DNA from: Felis catus
Lineage: Eukaryota
Direction of reading: 5' to 3'
Length of the DNA: 64,000 nt
Assembly: GCF_018350175.1 (NCBI RefSeq)
Contig: NC_058368.1
Location: 68,326,001 to 68,390,000 of the forward strand
A program made the position numbers and the translations under genes. Below are positions 1 to 13,140 of the stretch, in pieces. The notes below the pieces were generated by a model. It saw only the letters and a list, made by a program, of their open reading frames with translations, made no database searches and was not told the DNA's origin. Position 1 is the first letter of the stretch. Every line of letters begins with the position of its first letter.

Positions 1-254
1 AGCTATACAAAATATATGTCAAAGACCCAGGGTTTCACTAACAAAAGCCAAAGATGTTCCATCGGCATTGCTTATCAATTTCTTATTAAAAAACCAAAAT
101 TGTCAATACCCTGCCCTGTTTTTTATAAAATGTTAATCATTCTAATGCTTGGGCCTCCTGCTTTCTTTTTGCATTTGCATTTGTATTCTCAAGCATCTTT
201 ATCCTGGGATCATGACTCTTAAATTTCCCATTTTTAAAAGTGAAAGGATATATG

Positions 255-418
255 CTTTAGAGCCAGACAGATCTAGATTTTAATCCTTTTGTGACTTTCT
301 GAAATATACTTGAACCCTTGATACCTCATTTTATTCACCTCTAAAGTGGGAATACTAAGATTTATCTTGTAGGGTTTATGTGAGGATTAAAAGTATATAT
401 GTATAAAAGTACTTAGCC
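255..418 (+). mobile_element. MIR SINE, degraded
   Basis: MIR-like core ...cctcattttattcacctctaaagtgggaata...gtttatgtgaggattaaa; boundaries approximate. Confidence 0.7.
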
Positions 419-428
419 TGAAGGGGTT

Positions 429-926
429 TGTGGCAAAGCAGCTAATTGTGTACCCGATTTCCCTGGTCTCTTTTTACCGAGTTGCAGAACCTTAATTTTT
501 GAGCTGGTGCATAGCCACTCTAAAGGATGACTACATCTCCTAGCCTTCTTGCAGCTGGGTATGCCTGTGACGCACGGTCACTGGCAATGAAATGAAATGA
601 AAGCAGAAGTTCTGGATGGCACCTGCCAGGAAACCTGAGGAAACAGTGGGTGTGTGTGCCCTTTGTTCTTTCCCCTTTGTTCCTTCCTCACAAGGTGCTC
701 CAGCAGACATCCTTGGATCACGATGAGGACTCTCCCCTCCCTGGGGATGGTGTCACAACGAGAAGAAGACACCGGGCAGCTCAGAGCAGCTCTGGAGCTG
801 GCCTTCCAGCCCTGTACTGCCGACTTCTGGATTTCCTTTAGGAGACAGAGAAGCCAAAGTCCATCTTGTTAGGCCACTGTTATTTTGGATATTCTGATGC
901 TTACAGACGACCTGATTCTAACTGGC
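429..926 (+). mobile_element. MaLR solo LTR (MLT1J/K-like)
   Basis: Starts TGTGG; contains cctagccttcttgcagctggg...ctggcaatgaaatg...gcagaagt; 3' end ttaggccactgttattttgg...ctaactggca is typical of MLT1. Confidence 0.7.
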
Positions 927-2965
927 AAAGCTTTCAACAAATGTTGGCTCTCCTGAGCTGTCCTCACCATCTTCTTTTCACTGGTACCCATAAGACTCTC
1001 TTTGCAGGTCTTCCGAATCTTGACGTTGGGGCTTACTGGTTAATTTCTATGGTGCGTTCACAACCCGGCTGTGGGCACCTCCTCCCCATACCCTTTCCTG
1101 GCAGTGCTTTCTGCCTCTCCGCGCTTCAACACGATCTTGGCTTAACCGGCAGTCTGTTCTGTAAGGCATTTTCCATGACATTTCTGTTTTATCCTACTTT
1201 CATTTCCTCCAGCCTCTTAAAGAGCTTTTTAATGGTCTCATCTTAAATCCCTTTAATTCCTATTTTATGATTCTAAAACTCTTTTGATGTTTCATTGTGA
1301 AATACTTTATTAGCCTCCTTTTTTTGCCTCCTCTCTTCCAAGTTCTTCATCACATCTTTGCTGGCTTGCTTTCTTTTGTGGTCTTACTTTTACATTTTAG
1401 AAAAAGTTGTCTCTCCATTGCTTTATTCTCCTCTTGGGATTAGACTGGCTTCTTCCCAGAAGGCAGTACAGCTTCACAAACAAAGCTCATATATCCTTCA
1501 CAACACTCTGGAGAGATTAAAGCAATAAAACATAATGTGCACATTATATTAACCATTATGTACACTTAGAACACACACAATAGAAGTGTATATTGAATGG
1601 GTACGCAGAAATGTAGAAAAAGTGAGGAAAATGCACTGAGTAGATGCATATGAACTTTGATAGTGATAACTTCTGTAGAGGCAGGGAGAGAAATGGGGTC
1701 TTTGGTTATGTCTGTAACTTTTTAAACACCTTTATTAGTATATAATTAGCATATGATAAACTCTACACATATAAAGTATACAACACAATCAATTTTCACG
1801 TATGTATGCACCATGAAACCACAATCAAGATAGTGAACCTATCCACCATCCCCCAAATTCTTGTTCCCTTTTGTAATTCCTTCTATTGGCTCCCCTTCTC
1901 ACCCTCATCCAGGCAAACACGGATCTACATCGGCTCTGTGCGTAGAGATGAGTTTTCATTTTTGAGAATGTTATGCAAATGAAATCATAAAATACATACT
2001 CTTTTTTTTTTTTGGTTGAGCTTCTTTCACTGACCATAATTATTTTGAGTTTCATCCATATTTTGTCTGCACCCACAGTTTATTCATTTAGTGCTGAGTA
2101 GTAGTTCATTGTATAGATGACCATAATTTGTTCATCCATTCAGCTCTTGGTGAACAGTTTGGTTGTTTCCAGTATGGGGATATCATAAATAAAGCTGCTG
2201 GAAATATTGTATGTGAGCTCTGAATGAGCATTTGTTTTTATTTCTCTTGAATAAATACCTAAGAATGGCATGACTGGATCATATAGTAGATGCATGTTTC
2301 ACTTTTTTCAGAAACTATCAAGCTGTCCTTCATGGTAACTGTACCACTCTATGTTCTTAGTACTGGGGATATGTAGGCTCTGATAGGTGCATAGTGGTCT
2401 CAGATTGTGGGTTTGATTTGCATTTCCCTAACAAAAAATGATGTTGAGCATCTGTTTATATGCTTATTTGCTACTTACATATCACCTTTAGTAAAGTATC
2501 TCTTCAGAACTTTTGCTTATTTTTTACTGAGTTCTTTGGCTTTTTAATATTGACTTTTATGAGTTTTTATATATTCTGGATATAAATCCTTAGTTAGAAC
2601 CCGAGTTGCTAAGACTTTCTCCTAGTATTTGGCTTGTTTTTTAAACTCTCTTAGCAGTATCTTCAAGAGTAGAATCATTTAATTTTGAATAAGTAAAATT
2701 TGTCATTATATACATTTATGAATTATGATTTTAGTGTATTAAAGGTGAAATCATTACCTAACCTATGCCACAAAGATTTTTTTTCATATGCTTCTTCTAT
2801 TAGTTTTTAAATTTGGGCTTTTACATGTAGAATTATGATCCATTTGAAGTTAACTTTTATATAGGTACAAGATATGGATAAAAGTTAAAAATTATTTGCA
2901 GAGAGATATCCAGTGTATCCCAGCACAATTTGTTGAGAAGACAATTCTTTCTTTACTGAATTTCC

Positions 2966-2968
2966 TGT

Positions 2969-3012
<44 letters not shown>
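2966..3012. repeat. (TG)n microsatellite
   Basis: About 23 TG units with one interruption. Confidence 0.95.
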
Positions 3013-3015
<3 letters not shown>

Positions 3016-3459
3016 ATAAGAAAAAGAGATTTCTGGACTTCATTTTGTTCTGTTGACATATTTTTCTATCTTTATGCCAATACTTCACTGTCTTGATTAT
3101 TGCAACTTTATAGTGAGTCTTTAGCTCAGGAAATATTGATCTTTCACCTTTTTTCTTTTAATCCAAAGTTGTCTTGTTATTCTAGATCAGTTTCATTTCC
3201 ATATGAATTTTAGGACTGTTGGGATTTTTTAAAAAATTTTATTGGGTTATATTAGTTTCAGGTGTACAATATAGTAGTATTTCAACTCTTTCATTCTTCA
3301 CTCTGTTCTCATCAAAATAAGAGCACTCCTTAATCCCCGTCACCTATTTCACCCATCCCCCCCCCTTCCCTTATGGTATGCATCAGATTGTTCTCAATAG
3401 TTAAGAGTTTCTTGGTTTGCCTCTCCTTTTTTTCACTTTGCTCATTTATTTTGTTTCTT

Positions 3460-3673
3460 TAAAAAATATTTTTTAAGTTTGTTTTGAGAGAGACAGAGAC
3501 CACACCAGTGGGGGAGGGACAGAGAGAGAGAGAGGGAGAGAGAGAATCCCAAGCAGACTCCGTGCTGTCAGTGCAGAGCCCCACGTGGGGATTGAACCCA
3601 CAAAACCGTAAGACCATGATCTATGCCAAAACCAAGAGTCATACACTTAACTGACTGAGTCACCCAGGTGCCC
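3460..3673 (-). mobile_element. CAN-SINE (feline SINEC)
   Basis: Reverse complement of ggggcacctgggtgactcagtc head, CT tract and A tail. Confidence 0.95.
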
Positions 3674-3897
3674 CTTTTTTTATTTTGAGAGACAGAGAAA
3701 GAGGGAGGGAGAGGGAGAGAAAGAGAGAGGGAGATGGAGGGGGAGTTGCAAAGAGAGGGAGAGAGAGAGAATCTCAAGCAAGCTCTGCACTGTCAGCACA
3801 GAGCTTGACACTGGGCTCGAATTCACAAACCATGAGATATGACCTGAGCCAAGATCAAGAATCAGATGCTTAACTGATTGAGCCACCCAGGTGCCCC
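3674..3897 (-). mobile_element. CAN-SINE (feline SINEC)
   Basis: Full head, CT tract and tail; outer TSD tttattttgtttctt (3445-3459 / 3901-3915) encloses this and the previous SINE. Confidence 0.95.
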
Positions 3898-4465
3898 ACC
3901 TTTATTTTGTTTCTTAGGTTCCACATATGTATGAAATCGTATGGTGTTTGTCTTTCTCTGACTGACTTATATTGTTTAGCGTAATAATCTCTAACTCCAT
4001 CCACATCATTGCAAATGGCAGGATTTCCTTCTTTTCTAAGGCTGAGTAATATTCTATTGTGTATATATACCATATCATTTTTATCCATTTATCAGTCAAT
4101 GGACATTTGGGCTGTTTAGAACTACCCTACAACCCAGGAATTGCACTATTAGTTATTTACCCAAAGAATAGAAAAAGAATAGAAGAAACAAAAAAAAATA
4201 GAAGAAACAAAGGGATACATGCATCATGGTGTTTATAACAGCATTATCTATAATAGACTGCTGGGATTTTTATTGGAATTATTTTAAATGTATAGATCAG
4301 TTGGAGGAGAACTGAAATCTTAAAAATATTGATTCTTCCTATCCATGAATATGGTATAACTTTCCATTAAACTTCCTTCATAAATGTTTTGCAGTTTTCA
4401 CTGTACTGGTCTTGCACATCTTTGGTTAGATTTATGGCTAAGTATTTCATATTTTTTAAATATAT

Positions 4466-4665
4466 TATTTTAAAGTTTATTTGTTTTTGAGGGAGAAAGA
4501 GCATGAGCAGAGGAGGGGCAGAGAGAGGGATTCATAGAATCTTCAATAGGCTCCAGGTTCTGAGCTGTCAGCACAGAGCTGAACACAGGGCTTGAACTCA
4601 TGAATTGTGAGATCATGACCTGAACTGAAATTGGATGCTTTACTGACTGAGCCACCCAGACACCC
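4466..4665 (-). mobile_element. CAN-SINE
   Basis: tgagccacccagacaccc head (reverse complement), GA tract, tttatttg tail. Confidence 0.95.
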
Positions 4666-5015
4666 TTATATTTTTGATATTATAAATAGTCCTGTTTTTA
4701 AATTTCAAATCCTCAGTATTGCTAATATGTAAATAGTAACAAACTTTTGAATACTGATCTTTTATCATGTGACCTTGCTAAACTCAATTATTTTTGTAGC
4801 TCTCTTTGTAAATTCCATTGGATCCATTGGAAAATCCATTGGATTTTCTGCATAGACAATAATGTCATCTGGAATAAAGAAAAATTTACTTCTTAATTCC
4901 TATTTGTTGATTCATATTGCCCTCTAGTATCATCTTCCTTATGCCTTAAAGACTTCCTTTAGCATTTCTTGGAGTCAGTGTTTTCTGATGATGAATTATT
5001 TCACCTTTAGTATGA

Positions 5016-5077
5016 CTGAAAGAATATTTTTCCTTTATTTCTGAAAGATATTTTTCCTTTATTTCTGAAAGATATTT
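5016..5077. repeat. 24-bp tandem duplication (~2.5 copies) inside old L1
   Basis: Unit ctgaaagatatttttcctttattt. Confidence 0.9.
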
Positions 5078-6149
5078 ATTTTCTTTTAGTACTTTAGGGT
5101 TATTGTTCCATTTTATTCTCATTTGTGTTGCTTGCAAAAAGAAATCTACAGTCATTTTTTTTTCTTTTCACTCTCTGTTATGTGTATTTTTCTGTGACTG
5201 ATTTTAAGATTTCCTCTTTATCACTTTTTTTGAGCAACTTGATTATGATGTGCTTTGGTGTAGTTTGCTTCATAATTTTTGTGTGTTTTTTTTCTGGTAG
5301 GGTTTGCTTGGTATTTCTTCAATTTCTTGGATCAGTGTGTTTAAAGTTTCAACCAATATTTCTTCAAATATATTTTTAGTTTCCCTTTCTTCATCCTGTC
5401 CTTCAGGCACTACAATTACATAAATGTTAGGCCCCTTGAAGTTGTCTGATAGCTCACTGATATTCTTTTTTATTTAAAAAAAAGGCTTTCCATCTTTGTT
5501 TCATTTGGATAGTTTTTATTGCTATATCTTCCAATTCACTAATTCTTTCGTCTGCAATCTCTAATCTGTGGTTATTTCTCTCCAGCTCATACTTTCCTCT
5601 CATAAACTGTTGTTTTAATGTCTAAAAGTTCATTTGAATCATTTATATGTTTTCAATGTCTCTATTAAAATGTTTGAACATGTTAAATGCAGTCATAATA
5701 ACCCAGTATCCTTATCTCTTAATTCTAATATCTGGGTCAGTATTGGATCTGCTTTGTTAGATTTTTCTTCTCATTATGGGTGGTATTTTCTCACTTCTTT
5801 GTATGTCTGATCATTTTTGAGTGGCTTTCAGGCCTTGTCATTTTACTTTGTTGGATGCTAGATATTTTATATTTCTATAAATATTCTTAAACTTTTTATT
5901 AAATGCAGTTAAGTTACTTGGAAATAGATTCTTTTAGGTCTTGCATCTAAATTCTTCTTGGGGGGGGGACCAGAAAATACTACTTTACTCAATAACCTGT
6001 GAATTTTGAGAGTATCTAGTGTTTGACTTACAATAACAGTCACCATTCCCAGCCCTGAATGAGAAGCCGAGTCCTATTCCCTCTAATATTTTTGGGGAGT
6101 TCTTTCCTTGGTCTTGGGTAGTTTCCTCACATGTATGTACTTTTGATTG

Positions 6150-6275
6150 TAATTGTCTATTTTCTTGTCTGTCTTCTCCACGGATTTTAAGTTCTTGAAG
6201 GCAAGGAGACAGTACCCAGCTAGCACACTTCCTGGCAAAGTGCATTCACTCAGTAAATACTTTCTTGAATAAATT
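6150..6275 (+). mobile_element. L2 3' end
   Basis: taagttcttgaaggcaagga...ctagcacacttcctggca...ctcagtaaatactttcttgaataaat. Confidence 0.7.
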
Positions 6276-8039
6276 CATAAAATAAAGTAAAAGAACAAAG
6301 ACACAAATACTGAAAATACAAGATAGATAATCAAGTTACACTTTCAGTATCAGAGGTGAGAGATTATTCAGTTGGTACTCAATAAATATTTACTGAATGA
6401 AAAAAGAAGCCCAGTATTATATTCATTTACCTAATTTGTGTCAGACCATATCTACAATTCAGGTTGCAAGTCTTCTAGGTTAGGGAGGGTACTTTTCATG
6501 GCATCATTCGGTTTCCTAAAATATAGATAAGAGAGACCCTAGAACTGAGATTAAACATAACTCAGGAGTGCCTTAAATATTAACAAAGAAAATGTTCTTT
6601 TTTCTAATATTTAAAATTATCTTCTCCTGAAAGGAGAGGCTACCTACCCACTGTTTGAGATTTTTCTACATGTTACACTGTACAAAGTATAAATATAACA
6701 CTGAGTCATTTTCAGGGTTAGAAGGTCAACGTTCTCAGCTTCTTTTTTGTTACCATTCTCATAGCATGGCAAGCTCAAATGTTGAAAAGCTTTATCTGGG
6801 AACCCAGTGAATATGGCACTTCCCACAATTAAGATATTAATTGATCATCCGTGACCTGATGCATGAAAAATTATCATATTCAAGAGAAAGCCACATTTTT
6901 TTATGGGTTTTGTTAAAAGAAGTGCTTTTTAAAAATGGAGTCAGTTATCTTTATAAGATTATTATGGGGCATAAAAGAGCTAATATGTGCAAAGGGCTTG
7001 GCATATTGTAGTGTCTAAATAAAAACTAATTCTGTTTATATAAAAAAAGTGTTTTCTACCATTCATCTTACAACCAAACTATAAATCAGAGTGGTAGTGG
7101 TAATGGAAATTACCTCCTTTATTTGGTGTAGGGGGGAAAAAGAGAGAGAGAGAAAGAGCCAGATGGTTGCTTAATATCAAATTGTTAGTTTTCATACTTA
7201 GGTGAGTAATATCTGACTTACCAAACACTGAATCAGCTGTAAGAATACACACAGGGTGCTTTAAGAGCAAGGCTTAAAGCCTCCTTTCATTGTCTAGTCC
7301 AAGAATAAACTTAAAAAATAAAATTAGTGTATCTAAGGGGGAGGGAGAAGAAGTTTCTAGTTTTGGTGGTTAATGACAGTGCCCATGCCAGGGGGTGGGT
7401 TGTTGGGAGGAGATATGTCCTCTAGGGTAATAAGTAGAATGCCCACTCAGGCTGGAATCCCAACCTCCAGTGATGCTTTGAAACAAAGAACCTTCACTGA
7501 CTTTAAAAATTAATTCTATTGTTGCATTATCTCAGCTGCTATGGGTGCAAAAGGAAGCTCTGCCTTAAAAGCAGTAGAGAGAAGCCATGGACCATCCTGT
7601 AATCTGAACTATAACAAACCAAGAAAATGGAGCAGACGCTGGAAGCTTAAAACGCTTAATTCAGTACAGTCTTTCAGTCTTGACTTCTGTTCCGCTATTT
7701 GTTTTGAGGGGCTTTTAAAATGGTTTATACTTCCTGTACTCAAAACATCACAAAATATTTTTAGTTTTGGTTAGCAATTGTTTTTCCAGCTTCCTCTTCA
7801 TTTTCTGCATATATAACACCTTGGTATCTCCAGATTTTATTGTCTTACTTCTTTCTTTCACCTCTGGTACATGTGCAGTCCAATTAGCATTTATTTAGTT
7901 TTTGAATCTTTAGTCGGTCTGTTAGAATATGGTGGTTTTTAATGTGGAACTTCATGCAGTAAGATCTTTTCTGTAGACTTAACCTTTATTTCTTGCTATT
8001 ATCAGCCTTTGTACATAATATTAGCTCTCTGTTTTCACT

Positions 8040-8240
8040 GGTGTGCTTGACAATTCCCTCTGTAGTAGCATCTGGAAATTTCATTAATGGACGTCTTCTT
8101 CCAGATCATTAATAAAGTTGTACCTCAAACTGAACCTGACATTTATTCCCATGGCTTCCTTCTGGTCATCTTGCAGCTCAACACAGTGCTCTTTATCATA
8201 GCATATAATTTTTTGAGGATTTGCCAACCACTTTCCCAAT
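8040..8240 (-). mobile_element. CR1/L3 RT-region relic
   Basis: gcatctggaaatttcattaatgg...ttccagatcattaataaagttg resembles antisense CR1 sequence around the FADD motif. Confidence 0.5.
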
Positions 8241-8856
8241 CCTCCAGATACTGTTCATATCCAGTCATTTAAAATTAATTGTGTGATCTATGTTTCAGAA
8301 TCTAGCAGAATGCCTTGCACATAATAAGTACTAGATAAACATTAGTAGAACAAAATTGGGTCACCAGGTCAGCCATTTGCTTTTACGTGTTTGGCAACCC
8401 CACTCCTACCAAATCCAAAACAGAACAAAACAAACGAGCAAACAAAAATCATAAATCCTTTTTGTGACAGACTTAGCAAGATATATTTTAGCTATTTTCT
8501 CTACTTTTAAGTATTAAGGATGCTACATTTTTTTTCTGATAGTTCAGAAACTATCTTAATCCAGGTGCTGATATAAACAATAAGCAAGAAAGATAGCCAA
8601 GTGCTATATGTATTCTGTAGCAACTTTAATATTAATCAGTTGCCTTTATAACCCCACAAAAGTCCTAATAGGATTTGAGAGATCCTATAATAAATTGTTA
8701 TTTATAGTAAGGCAGTACCTATTGTCAGAGGATATAAGAAAGAACACAATAAAAGAGAAGGAAAGGAAAAATACATACTTTAAAAGTTCTTCTAAACTAT
8801 TCCAAGAGGGGCAGAAGGGAGAAGAGAGGAGAGTCTGAGTTTAGAAGTCAGAATAG

Positions 8857-8976
8857 GGGGACACCTGGGTGGCTCAGTTGGTTAAGCATCTGGCTTCAGC
8901 TCAAGTCATGATTTCATGGTTCGTGGGCTTGAGACCCGTATCGGGCTCTGTACTGACAGTGCAGAGCCGGCTTGGG

Positions 8977-9028
<52 letters not shown>

Positions 9029-9088
9029 CCCCCCCCCCCGCCCTCTCATGGCTGTCTCTCTTTCAAATAAATAAACTTAAAAAAAAAG
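8857..9088 (+). mobile_element. CAN-SINE
   Basis: ggggacacctgggtggctcag head, (CT)n, aaataaataaacttaaaa tail. Confidence 0.95.
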
Positions 9089-9205
9089 AACTGAATTCTG
9101 ACACTGTTATTTGTTAGATCAATGACTTCAGTGAGTTGTGTAACCCTTTCCAGCCCTCAGTCTCATCCTCCGTGATATGGGAATGATAATATTTAACCAC
9201 ATGAG

Positions 9206-9422
9206 TTGTTTTTTTTTTATGTTTATTTATTTTTGAAAGAGAGAGAGAGACAGAGAGTGAGCAGGAGAGGGGCAGAGAGAGAAAGAGACACAGAATGTGA
9301 AACAGGCTCCAGGCTCTGAGCTGTCAGCACAGAGCCTGATGCAGAGCTTGAACTCATGAACCTCAAGATCATGACCTGAGCCAAAGTCCGATACTTAACC
9401 AACTGAGCCACGCAGGCACCCC
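9206..9422 (-). mobile_element. CAN-SINE
   Basis: Full element; TSD aaccacatgag at 9195-9205 and 9423-9433. Confidence 0.95.
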
Positions 9423-9499
9423 AACCACATGAGGTTTTGTGAATGTCACAGATGACAGGCCCTAGGAAGACTCCTGGCAAGTGATGGCTCTAGACATAC

Positions 9500-9990
9500 A
9501 TCTGCCACCTTCCCCTAATCTCAGGAAATAGCTCCCTCTGCCCCATTGCTCAAGCCAGAAATTCAGAAGACACCTGTGATTGGCTTCTTCTTTCACCTCC
9601 ACATCACAAAATAGCGAGCCTCATTGCCACTTTCTTGAGAAGACCTCTGATCCACCCACTGCCACCTCAGTACCTTGCCCCAGGGTCCCTGCAATGGACC
9701 ACGTCTCCCTGTTTCAACGGAGCCTTCTTCCAGTTCACTGCCTACTGAACAGTCAGATTTAACCTCTTAAAAGTGCATATCAGATCTTGCCACTCCATTG
9801 CTGACATGTTGCAGGGACTTTTCTCCGACTTGACATACAATCCAGCCCCCTTGTTTACTTATGATCTGGCCACTTCCCTCAGACCACAAGCTCCACATGG
9901 ACAGGGACCAGCCTGTCATTGCAGCATGCACCAGGCAGTCTCCTATCACATAGAAGGCACTCACAAATATTTGCTAGATGAAGGAAATAC
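9500..9990 (+). mobile_element. L2 fragments including 3' end
   Basis: attgctcaagccagaaatt...; cacatagaaggcactcacaaatatttgctagatgaa. Confidence 0.65.
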
Positions 9991-11399
9991 TCTGCACTAT
10001 TGCTGCAAGGGAAACAAAAGACTGTCTCGTAGCTTGGCCATAGATTCTCTTCCTAGGTCAGTGTTCTAAAATAGATTGCTCAAAGACGTTGCACAGCGAC
10101 AAATGGTAAAACTATGATTGCTCCTATACTGGCCCCACCTTTGTTATCTAGACATTGACATTTAATAATCATTGAGTGTTCAAGAAAGTGGTTCTTATAG
10201 ATTAAAGTAACTATTTGTTAAAGAGGAGGGGACTGAAATTAAAATGAAGAACGCTTTGATGAACATTACATTCAAATCATTAGAATTTCATATAGATGTA
10301 ATTGCTCCCTCAGAAATAGATTAAATATACCCAGCATTTTAAATGACACTTTTACATTGTTAAAGCACAGTTGATTATAAATTATGAGTATTTTAAACCA
10401 GGCATGTTTCCTCTCCATCAATCAGTGTTATCATGGCCATCTTTTTAATAAGATTATTTGCTAATGCAAAACTAAAATGAGCAAAGCCTGAAGCGGCATT
10501 AACGCAGAGAATGAGCAAGTGACAGCACACCCCCCATTTACTTCTCTCACCAGGACATGGTGTCTGGAGAAATTTGTTTTCCTTCACTCACACACACCAG
10601 TGTAGCTTCTGCTAATGGGTATTTTTTTCAGATGAGGAGTCATGAGTGCCTCTAAGCTTTGAGGTGCTAATCATTAACAGTTAAGAAGCATCTTAGAGAA
10701 CAGATTCTGGCATTCTCCCCAAAAGCTGAAGGTTGAGATGCTGTAGGGCTATTCTGGATGCTGGATTTTGACATTTATACTCATTCAAAGTCGGAATGTA
10801 ATATATTAAGTTGACAAAGAAAGTAAAGTCGTCAGGCTTTCAGCTGTGCGATGGGGTAGACTGCTCAGCCAAGTACATTAGCCATTACCTGCACAATTTT
10901 TTTGAAGAGCCTAGGATGATGTATGATGAAAATCACCTGTAGCTAAGAACCAAAGGGACACACAAAATCTCTAAAGAAAAAATTATTTTTCTTTAAAAAA
11001 AATCTGAGAAAGGCTGATGTGTTCTGTGTGTTGGGGATGGAGCGGGCACATGGGAAGGGGAGTGCACAAGTTCAGAAATGCTGCAAATCATGAAAAGTTA
11101 TCAGAAAGGCAATATGTTGATAACACTCACCTATTGTCAATTACACAATTCTTATTCATGAAAAGCACTCACTATCAAAGAGGCATCAATATATATGAGG
11201 AAGAATATTAAACAAAATGTGAAAACATTTTGAAGGATATTGGGTCAGAATGCAGGGTGTGGGATACTGAAAAATAGTAAAAAAAAAAAGAGCCAAGATC
11301 TCGATCTCTGGCATTTAAGAGTGAGCTTGGTCAGCCTCTCTCCAGACTACCCAAGATCGCTGTGTTAAATAAATGGAAACTGTGCTCTCTCCTCCCCTA

Positions 11400-12955
11400 T
11401 GCCAGGTAATTAAAAAAGAAGTAAAAGCCACAACAGATGAGTGAGGTAAGCCTAAATATAGCTATCATATAATTAAGTTTAAACTGGTTAAACTCATCTA
11501 AGAGGAAGGCTCTCAAACACACAAGAGAAACCCCACTTGCATTCTTTATAAAAGGAAGACTCTGAAACCAAGTGACTAACAAAAGGAGGAAGTCACAGGA
11601 GACACAAAGACATCCCAGGCAGATGTGGACAAAAATAAAGTATTGGCCACGATGTTGATACCAGACGAATTTGAATCCAAGGTAAATCTAGACAAAATGT
11701 GGTGCTTTATAAAGATACAGAGTACAGCTCACAATGGAGGTCTCCCACTGTGAAGCCCTAATAACCAAATAAATAATAGAGCATCAAGAGCATTATGGAA
11801 ATCATCATAAAAAATCATTTATAAAAATCATCATAAAACCACCAGAAACATAAGGCAAAATTGGAGACTTTAAGTTATTTATTACAGTCATCAATAGACC
11901 AACTGGACAAAAGTAATTAAGGATACAGGAAACCTAAATAACAATAAGATAGATTTAATTTCTGTAAATATATATGAGACTCGTTATCCTGAAAATGGAG
12001 AATAACGTTTATTTCAGGTGCTCAAGAAATATTTGCATAAAGTAACATATTAGGCATCAATAAAACTTCAGCAAATTCACCAAAGCTGAAATAGGACCAA
12101 AAACATCCTTTGATCCAATGTAATAAAATGAGAAATTTCAAAGTATAGCTATTTTATGTTTTTTTTTTAAAGTAGGCTCCACACCCAACGGGGCTTGAAC
12201 TCAGAACCCTGAGATCAAAACCTGAGCTGAGATCAAGAGTCAGATGCTTCATCAGCTGAGCCACCAACATGCCCCAAAATATAGCTATTTTAAAGTAAAA
12301 AAACAAACAAACAAACATAACCATGTAAATATTTAAAAATTTTTCTCCTAAACTGTTTTTGAGACAATAAGAAAATCAAAATGTAAGTTGTAATACATGT
12401 AGGAGAGACTGATGAGAGTGTGATATGCCAGAATGTGAGGCATCTAGTCACGTTCAAAGAAAGTTACAGCACTAAATAATTCAGTAATAAACAAGAAAAA
12501 GATTTAAACTTCTAACTAAGAAAAGCAAAAAAAAAATACTCAAAAATGATGAAACAGATTTTCATGAATGGGAAAATAGAAAAATAGAAAAGTAAGTAAA
12601 TCTAAAGGCTGGTTAACAGAAAAAAAATTAGCTGACTTAATCACAGAAAAGAGGATAAAGCAAAATAGAAAAAAAATTGACAGTGAGTGCAGATGTAAAA
12701 ATTTTAAAAATCACAAGAGACTGTTTTGCTCAGGTCTATACAAACATGATAAAGACTATGGATGAAGATGATGAATTCATAGGGAATTATAGAATGTATA
12801 GAAAATCTATACAGACCAACTTCTATAAAAGAGATAATTTCAAAGCACAATTTATTGAAATGTTAACTAATAGAGAACTCCAATGCTGTTCAGACTGTTT
12901 CAGAGTGTATGATAAAGAAGGATACTATCTGTGTTTTTTTAGTAAAGCTATCATC
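11400..12955 (+). mobile_element. Ancient L1 ORF2 (endonuclease and linker region), heavily decayed
   Basis: A-rich sense L1 motifs ttggagactttaa, caatagaccaactggacaaaagtaattaaggatacagga, atctaaaggctggttaacagaaaa. Confidence 0.65.
12157..12275 (-). mobile_element. Short CAN-SINE lacking the CT tract
   Basis: Head through ggagcctacttt then A tail (on the minus strand); TSD tatagctatttta at 12144-12156 and 12280-12292. Confidence 0.9.
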
Positions 12956-13099
12956 TCTGGAAGAGAATTTGTTTCTTTGCCTTTCTAGTTTCTACAGGCC
13001 ATCATTTTTGGCTGATGACCCCTTTCCATCTTCAAAGCCAGCAACTGTATCCCTCTGCCCTCTGTTTTCCTTTTTTTTTTTTTTTAATGTTTATTCATT

Positions 13100-13140
<41 letters not shown>

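Larger units (their letters stand above)
3230..4255 (-). mobile_element. Carnivore L1 3' fragment with 5' inversion (twin priming)
   Basis: Antisense 3' UTR/ORF2 end to ~4117, then sense segment agaactaccctacaacccagg...tataatag; TSD gactg[t/c]tgggattttt at 3214-3229 and 4256-4271. Confidence 0.85.
1730..6140 (-). mobile_element. Old L1 (L1MB/L1MC-like) 3' UTR, ORF2 and upstream fragments, interrupted by a younger L1, SINEs and (TG)n
   Basis: Antisense L1 motifs: caggcaaacac, gttgtttccagt, atttgcatttccctaa...gatgttgagcatct, cagcacaatttgttgagaagac; ORF track fragment MKYWHKDRKICQQNKM resembles L1 ORF2. Confidence 0.8.
8835..9490 (+). mobile_element. MIR interrupted by two CAN-SINEs
   Basis: gagtttagaagtcaga...cctcagtctcatcctccgtgatatgggaatgataata...gttttgtgaatg. 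Confidence 0.65.

Noticed and set aside
12677..12988. 103-aa plus-strand ORF
   Set aside because: Chance-open piece of decayed L1 ORF2 running into an LTR.
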